Numbered from the stretch's first letter, positions 42,308 through 52,931 are shown. The stretch: 64,000 nt of DNA from an uncultured Candidatus Rokubacteria bacterium (GCA_963805625.1 CAWDVE010000017.1:224001-288000), one strand, 5' to 3'. Numbers and translations are program-made. Notes: generated by a model not told the origin, from the letters alone.

Positions 42308-42772
42308 TCAGCGGATCACGCTGAGATGCCCGTCCTGCTCGAGAAGCACGTAGCGGAGGCCTCGCACCGTCACGATGCCTTCCCGGCGGAGCGCCGCATG
42401 GAACTCCGAGAGGCTCAGCCGTTCGCGCGCGAGGTTCTCCTGCAGGATCCGGCCGTGGCGGACGAGGATCGTCGGCACGTGCTCGACCACCCGCCGGACG
42501 GGCTTCGAGCGGAACGTCAGCCACGCCACACCGGCGTTCAACGCGAGGATGGTCGTGGCGCCGATGAGCCCGCCTCCCAGTGAGTTGTCGTTCCCGATGA
42601 GGGCGTTCTGCACCACGTTGCTGATGACGAGGAGAACGACGAGGTCGAAGGGCGTCATCTGTCCGAGCTGGCGCTTGCCCACGAGCCGGAAGGCCGCCAG
42701 CAGGAACACGTAGACGACGACCGACCGGACGACCTTCTCGACGAGCGGAATGTCGGGAAGCCAGAGGTGCAC
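42308..42772 (-). CDS. DUF421/YetF family membrane protein
   Basis: GKRQLGQMTPFDLV, PTILVRHG, LEQDGHLSVI; AAGGAGG SD. Confidence 0.88.
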   Translation of the reverse strand: MHLWLPDIPLVEKVVRSVVVYVFLLAAFRLVGKRQLGQMTPFDLVVLLVISNVVQNALIGNDNSLGGGLIGATTILALNAGVAWLTFRSKPVRRVVEHVPTILVRHGRILQENLARERLSLSEFHAALRREGIVTVRGLRYVLLEQDGHLSVIR

Positions 42773-42946
42773 GGGGTCCTCCTTCGCGTCACCTCCTCCG
42801 CATCGATGGACGCGGGGTGACGCGAGTCCATCGTACGGGACCCCGGAGCGGACACGAAGGTTGTCGCGCTCCGCCGCCGTGACCATCGCGGTGAGAGGGT
42901 CCGGGCGCTCCCCGCCGCCGGGCCGGCCCGCGCCGGCGAGGCCGCG

Positions 42947-43372
42947 CTACAGGAGCCGCGCGTGGAGCGAGATCTGGACGCCCGCCAGCGCCACCGAGAC
43001 GGGGCAGTTCTTCTTGGCCGTTTCGGCGTGCTCGGCGAACGCCGGGGCGGCGAGCCCCGGCACCTCGGCCTCGGTGTCGAGCTCGATCCGGGTCAGGCGG
43101 AAGTTCCCGCCCACGTTCTCGAGGTGCACCCGCGCGGTGGTGTGGATGCGCCGGGGCGTGAGCCCGGCCCCGCTCAGGCCGGCCGACAGCGCCATGGAGA
43201 AGCATCCCGCGTGGGCCGCGCCGATCAGCTCCTCCGGGTTGGTGCCGGCGCCGTCCTCGAACCGCGAGCGGAACGAGTAGGGGCCTTCGAACGCGCCGCT
43301 GCCGAGCTTGACCCGGCCCTTGCCTTCGCGAAGCGTGCCTTCCCAGACTGCCTCCGCATTCCGTACCGTCAT
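42947..43372 (-). CDS. osmC: OsmC family peroxiredoxin
   Basis: GTNPEELIGAAHAGCFSMAL, AKKNCPVS. Confidence 0.94.
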   Translation of the reverse strand: MTVRNAEAVWEGTLREGKGRVKLGSGAFEGPYSFRSRFEDGAGTNPEELIGAAHAGCFSMALSAGLSGAGLTPRRIHTTARVHLENVGGNFRLTRIELDTEAEVPGLAAPAFAEHAETAKKNCPVSVALAGVQISLHARLL

Positions 43373-43665
43373 CGGGATCCTCCCGGCGGCCCCGGCGGAG
43401 CCTCGAGGTCCGCGTACTCTGGGTGCCGCTTCATGAACGCTTGCACGAACGGACAGAGGGGACGCACCAGGAGCCGCCGCCGGCGGGCATCGTCGAGGGC
43501 AGCGCGGGCCAGCGCATCCGCGATCCCCCGGCCCCGCAGCTCGGGCGGCACCTCGGTGTGGATCAGCGTCACGTGGCCCGCGGCCTCACGATACGTGAGC
43601 ATCCCCGTGTGACCGTCGACGGTCACCTCGAAGCGGCGCCCGTCGTCGTTCCGTGTCACGTCCAT
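43369..43665 (-). CDS. YjdJ-like small GNAT acetyltransferase
   Basis: HTEVPPELRGRGIA, PLCPFV. Confidence 0.88.
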   Translation of the reverse strand: MDVTRNDDGRRFEVTVDGHTGMLTYREAAGHVTLIHTEVPPELRGRGIADALARAALDDARRRRLLVRPLCPFVQAFMKRHPEYADLEAPPGPPGGSR

Positions 43666-43693
43666 CGGCACGCTCCCTGTCGCCCGCCGGTGA

Positions 43694-43921
43694 TCAGACC
43701 CGTTCCCACGACAGGGCGCCCGACGGACATTGCTCGACCTGCACGACGATCCGGTCGCTGGACGCGCCTCCGAGATCGATCCACGGCCGCTCCCCGGGCC
43801 GGAACACCTCGGCGAGCCCGCGCACGCACACGCCGGAGTGCGCGCAGAGGTCCGGACGCCAGATCACGCGGATCTCGCCATTCTCGTAGGCTCGCGTCAC
43901 TCCGCGCGTGTCGTCGACCAT
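43694..43921 (-). CDS. YjdI-like divergent 4Fe-4S mono-cluster protein
   Basis: CAHSGVCV...VF....RPWI...CPSGAL; AGGAGG SD. Confidence 0.88.
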   Translation of the reverse strand: MVDDTRGVTRAYENGEIRVIWRPDLCAHSGVCVRGLAEVFRPGERPWIDLGGASSDRIVVQVEQCPSGALSWERV

Positions 43922-44021
43922 GTCGCCCTCCTGCGGTGCCACTTCGTCCACCGTACCAGGAGCGCGGCGAGGCCTCAACTCGCGTGGCTCGCTGGCGCGA
44001 GCCCATCCATAATGGGGAGCC

Positions 44022-45641
44022 GTGGAGTCCCTGTACCGGCTCGAGGCGGTGGTCCTCCTCCTGGGCGCCGTGCTGGTACTCATGGCGGTCGCCCGGCGCG
44101 TCCTCATTCCCTATCCGATCTTCCTGGTTCTCGGCGGGCTCATCCTGGGCTTCGTGCCCGGCGTTCCCGCTGTGCGGCTCGACCCCGAGATCGTCTTCCT
44201 GATCTTCCTGCCGCCCATCCTCTGGGCGGCGGCCTACTTCACGTCGCTCCGCGACTTCCAGGCGAACCTCCGCCCTATCACGCTCCTCGCGGTGGGACTG
44301 GTCCTGGCGACGACGGCGGGCGTCGCCGCCGTGGCGCACGCGATCGTGCCGGGTCTCGGCTGGCCCGCGGCATTCGTCCTGGGGGCCATCGTGTCCCCGC
44401 CGGACGCGGTCGCGGCCACGGCCATCGCCCGGCGGCTCCGGATCCCGCACCGCGTCGTCACGATCCTCGAGGGGGAAAGCCTGGTGAACGACGCCGCCGC
44501 GCTGGTGCTGTATCGCGCCGCCGTCATCGCCACCGTGACCGGCACCTTCGTGGTGGGGGAGACCCTCTGGCAGTTCGTCCTCGCGGCGGTGGGCGGCGTG
44601 GCCATCGGGCTGGCGGTCGGCTACGTGACGCGGGAGGCCCTCCATCACGCCGAGGACAGCCTGGTGGAGACGGCGATCACGCTGCTGGTGCCCTACGCGG
44701 CCTGGATCTTGGCCGAGCGCGCGCACACGTCGGCGGTGCTCGCCTGCGTCGTCGGGGGCATCTACGTGCGCCGGGGCTTCAGCACGGCCGTGCCGCCCGC
44801 GACGCGGATCCGGGCGCGGGCGGTCTGGGACCTCCTTGTCTTCGTCCTGAACGGCGTGATCTTCGTGCTCATCGGGCTCCAGCTTCGCGCGATCCGAGAC
44901 GCGGGTCTCGGGGAGAGCCCGGCGCGCGTCGTCATGTACGGCGCCGTGATCAGCGCCGTCGCGATCGGGATTCGCCTCGTCTGGGTGCCGCTCGCGACGG
45001 TGATCCCGCGGCTCCTGAGCCCGGCGCTCAATCGGCGCGATCCCTTGCCGCCGTGGTCCGCGGTCTTCCTGCTGGCGTGGACCGGCATGCGCGGCATCGT
45101 TTCCCTCGCCGCGGCCCTCGGGCTCCCGCTCGCGACGGCGAACGGCGCGCCGTTCCCGTCGCGCGACCAGATCATCGTCATCACCTTCGAGGTGATCCTC
45201 GCCACGCTCGTGCTCCAGGGGCTGACCCTCTCACCCCTCATCCGCCGGCTCCGGCTCGGCGACGACACCACTCTGGAGCTCGAGGAGGCCCACGCGCGGC
45301 AGGAGGCTGGCCGCGCGGCACTGGCGCGGCTCGACGACCTGGCAGCGGGGCCGGGGTCGCCGCGCGAGGACATCGAGCGGATGCGCACTCTCTACACGCA
45401 GCGTGTCCAGCGCGCCTCGTCGATCGACCCGGGGGCGGGCGCCGAGTCCGCCCGCGCCCAGGCCGCCCTCCGGCGGCTCCGTCACGAGGCGCTCTCCGCG
45501 GAGCGGCGGGCCCTCATCGCGCTCCGCGACCAGGGCGTGATCAGCGACGACGTGCTTCATCGGCTGGAGCAGGAGCTCGACATCGAGGCGATGCGCATCG
45601 GGCTCGGCGAGGAGCGCCTGTCCGGCCACTCGCACGGCTGA
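44022..45641 (+). CDS. Na+/H+ antiporter (CPA1, YjcE-like)
   Basis: FLPPIL, SPPDAVA, ILEGESLVNDA, GMRGIVSLAAAL. Confidence 0.93.
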   Translation: MESLYRLEAVVLLLGAVLVLMAVARRVLIPYPIFLVLGGLILGFVPGVPAVRLDPEIVFLIFLPPILWAAAYFTSLRDFQANLRPITLLAVGLVLATTAGVAAVAHAIVPGLGWPAAFVLGAIVSPPDAVAATAIARRLRIPHRVVTILEGESLVNDAAALVLYRAAVIATVTGTFVVGETLWQFVLAAVGGVAIGLAVGYVTREALHHAEDSLVETAITLLVPYAAWILAERAHTSAVLACVVGGIYVRRGFSTAVPPATRIRARAVWDLLVFVLNGVIFVLIGLQLRAIRDAGLGESPARVVMYGAVISAVAIGIRLVWVPLATVIPRLLSPALNRRDPLPPWSAVFLLAWTGMRGIVSLAAALGLPLATANGAPFPSRDQIIVITFEVILATLVLQGLTLSPLIRRLRLGDDTTLELEEAHARQEAGRAALARLDDLAAGPGSPREDIERMRTLYTQRVQRASSIDPGAGAESARAQAALRRLRHEALSAERRALIALRDQGVISDDVLHRLEQELDIEAMRIGLGEERLSGHSHG

Positions 45642-45670
45642 GGCGCCGCCTTCGGGGTCGGCTCGCGCCT

Positions 45671-46438
45671 TCAGCGCGACGACCCGGGAGACTCCACCGT
45701 CCCGCGATGCTGCAGGTATCGGGCGACGAGCCAGCAGAGCAGCGCCCACCCGAGCCCCGCGGCCCAGCCCGCGAGCACGTCGGTTGGGTAGTGGACGCCC
45801 AGACAGACCCGCGTGATGCCGATGAGACACGTCAGGCCGAGTGAGATCCCGATGACGTAGACCCTGATGGGTCGCCGGGCGACGAACCGAGCCAGCAAGG
45901 CCCCGAGGGTGAGGTAGATGACGGCGGCCGCCATGGAATGCCCGCTGGGGAAGCTCAGACCCTCGACGGTGACCAGGTGAGGCACGACGTCGGGACGGGT
46001 TCGGGCGAAGACCTGTTTCAGGGCCACGCTTAGGAGACCCCCCCCGGCGGCGGCCACCAGCACGAACGTTGCCGCGCCGTATCGATGCAGTAGCGCGAGG
46101 TAGCCGATCGCGCAGAGGACGACGGTCGTCAGAATCGCGGTGCTGCCGAGGGCCGTGAAGTCGGTGACCGCCTCCGCGAGCCACGGGGGACCGATCAGCA
46201 GCGCGGGATTGTCCGTGCGGCGGACGAGTCGGAGTAGCCACTCGTCGAACTTGTGCATCTCGCCTTCACGCAACTCCTCCGCCAGCTCGAGAAAGCCGTA
46301 CACGGCGAGGACAACCGCGAAGGCGGTGAGCAAGATGATGGCTTCTTGACGCGCGAGCCAGCCCAGCGGAAGACGAGCCGCGTCGCGGAGAGGCCGAAGC
46401 AGGCTGCGGACACTGGAGGCGCGACGCGTGGCGGTCAT
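45671..46438 (-). CDS. PAP2 family phosphatase
   Basis: K....RTRP, SFPSGH, TRVCLGVHYPTDV. Confidence 0.92.
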   Translation of the reverse strand: MTATRRASSVRSLLRPLRDAARLPLGWLARQEAIILLTAFAVVLAVYGFLELAEELREGEMHKFDEWLLRLVRRTDNPALLIGPPWLAEAVTDFTALGSTAILTTVVLCAIGYLALLHRYGAATFVLVAAAGGGLLSVALKQVFARTRPDVVPHLVTVEGLSFPSGHSMAAAVIYLTLGALLARFVARRPIRVYVIGISLGLTCLIGITRVCLGVHYPTDVLAGWAAGLGWALLCWLVARYLQHRGTVESPGSSR

Positions 46439-46550
46439 GCCTCGCTCGCCTTCAGTGCGGGGTCTCGGGTCACGGGGCCTCGGGCCGCTCCTCGATGGAG
46501 GATCGGAGTGCAGGATGCCGGTGCCCGACCCGCCTAGGGAATACGTGCGC

Positions 46551-47126
46551 CTAGGGCCGAGGGAGGAAGCCGCTGGTCGGGCCCGCCACCAGCGGGCCAC
46601 ACAACACTCGATCGCCCGAGTTTCCAGAGGGGTCCGTCTGCTGATCATCCGCCTTCTCGTGGATCACGACGGCGCTGCCATCGGCGTCGAAGATCGAAGC
46701 GGGGCCGGTGCCAAGCGTCAGCCGATCGGTGACCGCGACGTACTCCGTCCGGCCGCTCGCGTTGGCCTCGAGGTCGGGCAGGTCACCACCATGGGCGCCT
46801 TCCGGATTCGCGAGGCCATGCTTCTTCCCCATGGGGTTGAAGTGACCGCTCGCACTCTGGAACGCGGGCGGCTCGCACTGACCGACGGCGTGCACGTGGA
46901 TGCCATGGCGACCGGGCGTTAGCCCGCCGGCCTGCACCACGATCCGGATCCGTCCGTCCTCTTGCCGGAGCACGGCCGAGCCGACGGACTCCCCGCTCGC
47001 GTTCTTCAGCTCGGCCCATGCCATCCGGGACGGCTCGCTCGCCCGCGGTGCGGTGGCGCAGCCGCCGATGAGGGCGAGCGCCACCAGGATCGAGCCTGAC
47101 GCCGTCAGTTCCTTCATGCCCCGCAT
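46551..47126 (-). CDS. sodC: Cu/Zn superoxide dismutase, lipoprotein
   Basis: Lipobox IGGC, HGIHVH, GHFNP, HGGDLP, IHEKADD, GNSGDRVLCG. Confidence 0.93.
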   Translation of the reverse strand: MRGMKELTASGSILVALALIGGCATAPRASEPSRMAWAELKNASGESVGSAVLRQEDGRIRIVVQAGGLTPGRHGIHVHAVGQCEPPAFQSASGHFNPMGKKHGLANPEGAHGGDLPDLEANASGRTEYVAVTDRLTLGTGPASIFDADGSAVVIHEKADDQQTDPSGNSGDRVLCGPLVAGPTSGFLPRP

Positions 47127-47301
47127 CGACACCTCCCTGGAAACGTCGCCTGGTCCGGCTGGCGCCGCTCGTGCCCGAGGGCCGGCTAGCGCCGTATGGA
47201 CGGCCTGGAGAAGCCGGCAGCCCGTTTGCACGAATCGGTCATGGGCCCACTCTGGAGCGTACACGCCCCCGGGGGACCGATCCACACCCAAGGAGGATCC
47301 G

Positions 47302-47721
47302 ATGGCTCGATATCTGCGCGACATCATGACCCAGAGACCGGTGACCCTGCAGACGACCGACACCGTCATTGCTGCGGCACGCTCCATGCGCGACGGGAAC
47401 ATCGGCGACGTCGTGGTCCTCGAGGAGGACCGGATCCAGGGCATCCTGACCGATCGTGACATCGTAGTCCGGGCCTTGGCGGAAGGGCGGGATCCGGCTC
47501 GGACGACCGTGGGAGAGATCTGCAGCCGCGAGCTGACCACGCTCTCCCCGACCGATGCGATCGGGGACGCCGAGAAAATCATGCGTGACAAGGCGATCCG
47601 CCGGCTTCCTGTCGTCGAGGAAGGAAGGCCGGTCGGAATCGTGTCGCTGGGCGACCTGGCGGTCGAACAGAGTCCCGAGTCCACGCTCGGCGGTATCAGC
47701 GCCGCCCCGCCGAACCGGTAG
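47302..47721 (+). CDS. CBS domain protein
   Basis: GILTDRDIV, IRRLPVV, GIVSLGDLA; AAGGAGG SD. Confidence 0.92.
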   Translation: MARYLRDIMTQRPVTLQTTDTVIAAARSMRDGNIGDVVVLEEDRIQGILTDRDIVVRALAEGRDPARTTVGEICSRELTTLSPTDAIGDAEKIMRDKAIRRLPVVEEGRPVGIVSLGDLAVEQSPESTLGGISAAPPNR

Positions 47722-47797
47722 CCTCGAGGTCCACGCCCCGGCGCCAGGATGGCGGCGTCACGACAGCGTGACGCCGCTCGCCGGCGGATGGGCACGC

Positions 47798-48397
47798 CTA
47801 GAACTTGATCTGCGGCGCCGCTTCGCTGCCCGGCGCGGCCTCGAAGAACGGCTTCTCCCGAAAGCCTCGGAAGGACGCCACGAGGCTGGTCGGGAAGCTC
47901 CGGACCGCGGTGTTGTAGGCGCGGACCGACTCGTTGAAGCGGCGCCGCTCGGCTGCCACCCGGTTCTCGATGCTCTCCAGCTGATTCTGGAGCGCCAGGA
48001 AATTCTGGTTGGACTTGAGCTCCGGGTAGCGCTCCACGGTCACCAGGAGACGGCTCAGGGCGCCGGTCAGCTGGTTCTGCGCCTCCTGGAATTTCCGGAG
48101 CAGCGCCGGGTCGTTCAGGACCTCGGGGGTGACCTTGATTCCCGCCACGCTCGCGCGTGCGCGGGTGACCTCCTCGAGGACGGTGCGCTCCTGGGCGGCG
48201 AAGCCCTTCACGGTTTCGACCAGATTCGGGATGAGATCGGCCCGCTGCTGGTAGACGGTCTGGACCTGGGCCCAACTCTCCTGCACGGCCTGGTCCTGGG
48301 CCACGAGGCCGTTGTTGACGGAGATCGCCCAGCCGAGGCCGACGATCACGACCAGCGCCATGACACCGAGGACGAGGAGTCCGGATTTCATGCGCAT
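47798..48397 (-). CDS. lemA: LemA family protein
   Basis: QRADLIPNLVETVKG, ERYPELKSNQNF, ENRVAAERRRFN. Confidence 0.93.
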   Translation of the reverse strand: MRMKSGLLVLGVMALVVIVGLGWAISVNNGLVAQDQAVQESWAQVQTVYQQRADLIPNLVETVKGFAAQERTVLEEVTRARASVAGIKVTPEVLNDPALLRKFQEAQNQLTGALSRLLVTVERYPELKSNQNFLALQNQLESIENRVAAERRRFNESVRAYNTAVRSFPTSLVASFRGFREKPFFEAAPGSEAAPQIKF

Positions 48398-48484
48398 GCC
48401 TCCCTTCCGGGGTGAACGAGCCGCGCGTTGACTCCCGTCCGCCCGATCGTCTCCGCGCCCGAGGGGCGGGACGCTCCCGTCCGC

Positions 48485-49297
48485 TCAGGCATCGGGATGC
48501 CTGGGAGTGTCGGTCGACAGCAGGCGTCGCCGCAGGAGGGCGACGTATGCGAGCGCCGTGATCGCCAGGTAGAGCTCCAGCATCTCGAAAAGAGCCGGGT
48601 CACGGCCCGCCCGGACGTTGTGCGGCAGCGTGCGGAACAGTCGCATCAGCAGTGTGACGACGACGAGCGACATCAGCTCGCCACGCGGCAAGAGGTAGTA
48701 CGCCCAGCGACCCAGCGCGAATTGCCCACCGGCCCACATGGCCGCGGCGGGCAGCACGATGCCTCCCATCATGACTCCCGCGAGGGCGACGTTGCGCAGT
48801 GACTTGCCCGGCTTGTCGCCGAAGAGGTTGTGGAGGTTGGTCTCGTGCTGGGCGTTCTGCTCGGCAAACCAGCGCGGACTGTGCCAGCCGAAGAAGTGCT
48901 GGCCGTAGCTGATCTCCTCGAGGCCGGCGAAGAGCGCGCCGAGAGCGAACAAGACGTAGAGCATCCGGGCGGCGGCGGGCGCGCGCCCGCGCGTCCGCAT
49001 CGCCAGCCCGAGGCCGAGGACGGTCGCCGCGCCGAAGCACGCCGCCGTTCCGAGCTCGACGGGCCCATACTCCGAGTCGAACACCCAGAGAAACACCTCG
49101 CGGCTCATCAGGTTGTGGGCCATTAGGAAGACGGATACGCTGTAGATCACCACGCCGACCCAGGGCAGGATGACGTACGCTATCCGCGCGGAACGGCGCC
49201 GTCCCGCGAATCCGGTCTCGCCCGCCGTGCCGCTGTTTCTCGCGACCGCGCGGGCGGAGCTCATGGCCGGGCCCCGCACCGACACGGCCCGATTCAC
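48485..49297 (-). CDS. Uncharacterised membrane protein (EEISxGQ...ETNLHN type)
   Basis: Several TMs; close paralog of the C-terminus of 50889..52931; start uncertain. Confidence 0.75.
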   Translation of the reverse strand: MNRAVSVRGPAMSSARAVARNSGTAGETGFAGRRRSARIAYVILPWVGVVIYSVSVFLMAHNLMSREVFLWVFDSEYGPVELGTAACFGAATVLGLGLAMRTRGRAPAAARMLYVLFALGALFAGLEEISYGQHFFGWHSPRWFAEQNAQHETNLHNLFGDKPGKSLRNVALAGVMMGGIVLPAAAMWAGGQFALGRWAYYLLPRGELMSLVVVTLLMRLFRTLPHNVRAGRDPALFEMLELYLAITALAYVALLRRRLLSTDTPRHPDA

Positions 49298-49380
49298 GCA
49301 TGCAGCCTCACGGCTGTCAATCGGTCCCCGGTCCCCGTGTCAGAATGCTCATCGTGAACGGCGCGGGCTCGCCGACTCCG

Positions 49381-50868
49381 ATGCAGCGCACCGGGGCCAG
49401 CCTGAGAGTGTTTCTCGGACTGCTCGGCCTCTACGCCGGCGTCCACATCACGCTCCGCCTGATGCTGTCGCCGGTGCTGGCCATCGACGACGCCCGCGAG
49501 CTACTCCTGAGTCAGACGCTCGAGGTCGGCTATCTGCCGCGGCAGCCTCCCCTCTACAACTGGCTGGCATGGGGCAGTGTCCGGCTCTTGGGCGTCAACA
49601 CCGCCGCGCTGGTCGTCTGCCGGTACGCGACGCTCTCCGTCGCCTACCTCTTCCTGTATCCGAGTGCCGTGCACGTGCTCGGCCGCTCCGCGCTGGCCAT
49701 CCTGGCCGCGTTCTCGCTCATCTTGATGGGCCCCCTGAATTGGGACGCGCACGCCGAGCTGACCCACAGCCTGGCCGCCCTGGCCGCCGCAGCGGCCACC
49801 TTCTTCGCGCTGCTCCGATTAGGACGCTCGGGAAGCGTCCTGGCGTATCTAGGGCTCGGGACGGCCTTCGCGGCCGGCTTCCTGGCGAAGTTCAGCTACG
49901 GGCTTTTCGCAGGCTCGCTACTCCTCGCGGCGCTCTGCACGGCTGAGTATCGACGCCGCATCCTGTCCGTCCGATTTGGGCTCACGATCGGCACGGTCCT
50001 CGTCCTGTGCGCCCCGTACACCCTGTGGTTCGTCGACCACGGCCTCCCGATCCCACGCATGTACGCGGAGGAAGTGCGCCGCGAGGCGACGTCGAGCTAT
50101 CTCAGGGGCATGTCGAATGGCTTCTATCACCTCGGCCGCATGCTGCTCATCTACCTGGGACCCTTCTGCGTGCTGTTTCTCGCCGTGTTCGGGCGGGTGT
50201 GGAGGCCGCGGGTGGCCGACGGGTCGGGCGCGCAGCGGCTGCTCCGAGGTCTGTTGCTGAGCGAGGGCGGCATGCTGGTCGTCGCCATCCTGGCGGGGAG
50301 CATCACGTACCTTCGATTTCGATGGCTCATGCCTGCATTCTTTCTCGCGCCGCTCCTGGCCCTGTCGGGGGTCGACACGCGAGGGCTCAAGCCCCGGCGG
50401 CTCGCCCGCTACGCCGCCGGGCTCCTCGCGGTCGAGGTTCTCGTGCTTCTTGGGCTGACGGTCAACGTCTTCCGGGGCGACGCCCTCGGTGAGCCGACGC
50501 GGCTCAACGAGCCATACGACGTGGTGGCGACGGGACTGGCGGCGGCCGAATTCACGCGCGGGACGATCGCCGCTGGCGAAGGGCCCTTGGCTGGAAACCT
50601 TCGGTTGCGCTTTCCCGAGTCCCGTGTGATCCGTCTGACAAATCCGGACTACCTGCCGCCCACCCGGGGCGCGGGGCAGTGCCTAGTGGTGTGGGAAGAG
50701 CAGATGGGCGACCGGGCTCGACTCCTGGCCTGGGTGTCCTCGGCGCTCGGGGCCAGCGTCGTGAACGAGTCGGTCAAGGCGATCGCGGCGCCGTACCATC
50801 ACGCCAGGGCCCACGCCATGCAGGTGAGTTATGTCTGGATTCCAGCCGGCCGCGGCGACTGTCGCTGA
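49381..50868 (+). CDS. GT-C glycosyltransferase (GT39/PMT_2, RgtA/B/C-like)
   Basis: IDDARE..SQTL..GY.PRQPPLYNWL, many TMs, periplasmic C-terminal domain; start may be 49300-49381. Confidence 0.8.
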   Translation: MQRTGASLRVFLGLLGLYAGVHITLRLMLSPVLAIDDARELLLSQTLEVGYLPRQPPLYNWLAWGSVRLLGVNTAALVVCRYATLSVAYLFLYPSAVHVLGRSALAILAAFSLILMGPLNWDAHAELTHSLAALAAAAATFFALLRLGRSGSVLAYLGLGTAFAAGFLAKFSYGLFAGSLLLAALCTAEYRRRILSVRFGLTIGTVLVLCAPYTLWFVDHGLPIPRMYAEEVRREATSSYLRGMSNGFYHLGRMLLIYLGPFCVLFLAVFGRVWRPRVADGSGAQRLLRGLLLSEGGMLVVAILAGSITYLRFRWLMPAFFLAPLLALSGVDTRGLKPRRLARYAAGLLAVEVLVLLGLTVNVFRGDALGEPTRLNEPYDVVATGLAAAEFTRGTIAAGEGPLAGNLRLRFPESRVIRLTNPDYLPPTRGAGQCLVVWEEQMGDRARLLAWVSSALGASVVNESVKAIAAPYHHARAHAMQVSYVWIPAGRGDCR

Positions 50869-50888
50869 GCGGCGAAAAGCCGGCCGGG

Positions 50889-52931
50889 TCAACTGTCGCG
50901 ATCTGTTGGAAGGGCTGTCGACAGCAGACGCCTCCGCAGGAGGAGGACGTACAGCAATGCCGCGATGGCGAGGTAGAGCTCCAACACTTCGTAGAGCCCG
51001 AGGTCCCAGCCCGCTCGCGTGCCCCGCGGTAGCGTCCGGAACAGGCGCATGAGCAGCGTGGCGGCGACGAGCGGGATCAGCTCGCCGCGCGGCAAGAGGT
51101 AGTACGCCCAGCGCCCGGGCGCGAACTGGCCCCCGACCCACATCGTCGCGGCCGGCAGCACGATGCCGCCCACCGCAACGGCGCCAAGGGCGACGTTCCG
51201 AAGCGCCTTGCCCGGCCGGTCGCCCAAAAGGTTGTGCAGGTTGGTCTCGTTCTGCGCGTTCTGCTCGGCGAACCAGCGCGGACTGTGCCAACCGAAGAAG
51301 TGCTGGCCGTAGCTGATCTCTTCGAGCCCGGCAAACAGCGCGCCCAGGGCGAACAGAGTGTAAAGTACCCGGAAGCCTCCAGGCACGACCCTCCGGCTTT
51401 GCGTCGCGAGGCCAAGAGCCAAGACGGCCGCCGCGCCGAAGCACGCCGCGGTGCCGAGTTCGACGGGACCGAACTCCGACACGAAGATCCAATGGAACAC
51501 TGCTGGTCCCAGTAGAGCTGCGCCGAGCCCGAAGACCACGATCCCGAGCGAGGCCAGGATGACGCGGACCGCCCACGGGGCCCTCGGCGTCGACCCGGGT
51601 GCAGCAGCCCGTGGCCCCGCCGGCCCCGCGCTTCCATCTCCGGGCCCTGCCGCGACCGACCATGCGGGCAGAGGCGCGGACTCCCCCGGGTGAGTTCGAG
51701 GCCGGATCTCGGTCAACCATCCGCGCTGCGCACCGAGCCATGCGAGGGTGTGGCCGGCGAACAGGCACAGCAAGGGGTAGAGCGGCGCAGCTAGCCGGAA
51801 GTTTCCGTCGGAGACCACCGCGTGGGCCAGGACATAGATACCCAGGATGGCCCACACACCGTAGAGCGGTCGCCGTTCGCGCGCCAGGAGAAGCGCGCCG
51901 GCCAGCGCCAAGGGATAAGTGAGGTAGTACTGGAAGAGCAGCCAGCCATAGGCGAGGTGCGCTCCCGACAAGCCGTCCGGAGCTGCGAACGTCCGCGTGG
52001 CCAGAAGGGCGCGGACCTCCCAGGGGCGGCCGAGCGAGAAGAGGTCGAGAGCGCGCCGGGCATAGAGCCACGCCGCCCATGCGGGGGAGGCCGCCACCGT
52101 CCGGCCGATCTCGGCCACCAGCGCGTCGTTGATCCCCGCCTCGTTCAGACCCTGGCCGCGGCCCTCCTCCACGATTCGGGCGCGATCGAGCCCGAAGGAC
52201 GGAGCGTTATGCGCGCCGAGGTTCGTCGTCAGGACCACGACCGAGCCGAGGCGCTGGTGATTCCGAGCGGCCCAGGCACCAAGTCCTAACACGAGCGGCA
52301 CGAGCATCAGGGCGGCGAGAGTGGCGCATCGTGCGGCCGACCGAGCCCGCGCGGTTCTGGCGAGGGCGACCGGCAGCACGGCCACCGCGATCGGCCGGAC
52401 GAAGAGCGCGATCGTCAGGAGGAGGCCAAACCCGGCGGCTCCCAGGGGGGAGGCAGCCGCCCGGCCACGGACGAGCAGAAGGACGAGCGCGGTGAAGAGC
52501 AGGGTAAAGACCGACTCGGTCATCAGGCTGGGGGTCCAGACGACGTGGGTCGCGAACAGGGCTTGGGCCGCCATGCCGGCCGCCGGCCCGAGGAGTTGGC
52601 GTCCGAGCGCGAGCAGGAGGATCTGCGTAGCCAGGTCGCAGGCCACGTTGGCCGCATAGCCCACCATTGGATCCCAGCCGAACAGCGAGTAGAGGCCCGC
52701 CAGGAGCGCGGGATAGCCGGGCATGCGGAAAGCCTGGAACTCGATCCCCCAGTATTCGGGGCGCTCGCCCTTGTACAGTTGGAGGTAGCCCTGACCGCTG
52801 ACCAGGCTCCGCGCGAGGTCGTGATAGTCGCGCGTGTCGCTCACGGGCAGCCATGTGGCGTTCGAGACGAGCCAGAGGCGCAGCACGAGCGCGAGTGCGA
52901 GGAGAGCCCACTCCGCTCGGGTGGGTCTCAC
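50889..52931 (-). CDS. GT-C (ArnT/PMT-like) membrane protein fused to an EEISxGQ membrane domain
   Basis: SDTRDYHDLA, FRMPGYP, MTESVF, RNHQRLG, linker, then EEISYGQ domain. Confidence 0.75.
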   Translation of the reverse strand: MRPTRAEWALLALALVLRLWLVSNATWLPVSDTRDYHDLARSLVSGQGYLQLYKGERPEYWGIEFQAFRMPGYPALLAGLYSLFGWDPMVGYAANVACDLATQILLLALGRQLLGPAAGMAAQALFATHVVWTPSLMTESVFTLLFTALVLLLVRGRAAASPLGAAGFGLLLTIALFVRPIAVAVLPVALARTARARSAARCATLAALMLVPLVLGLGAWAARNHQRLGSVVVLTTNLGAHNAPSFGLDRARIVEEGRGQGLNEAGINDALVAEIGRTVAASPAWAAWLYARRALDLFSLGRPWEVRALLATRTFAAPDGLSGAHLAYGWLLFQYYLTYPLALAGALLLARERRPLYGVWAILGIYVLAHAVVSDGNFRLAAPLYPLLCLFAGHTLAWLGAQRGWLTEIRPRTHPGESAPLPAWSVAAGPGDGSAGPAGPRAAAPGSTPRAPWAVRVILASLGIVVFGLGAALLGPAVFHWIFVSEFGPVELGTAACFGAAAVLALGLATQSRRVVPGGFRVLYTLFALGALFAGLEEISYGQHFFGWHSPRWFAEQNAQNETNLHNLLGDRPGKALRNVALGAVAVGGIVLPAATMWVGGQFAPGRWAYYLLPRGELIPLVAATLLMRLFRTLPRGTRAGWDLGLYEVLELYLAIAALLYVLLLRRRLLSTALPTDRDS

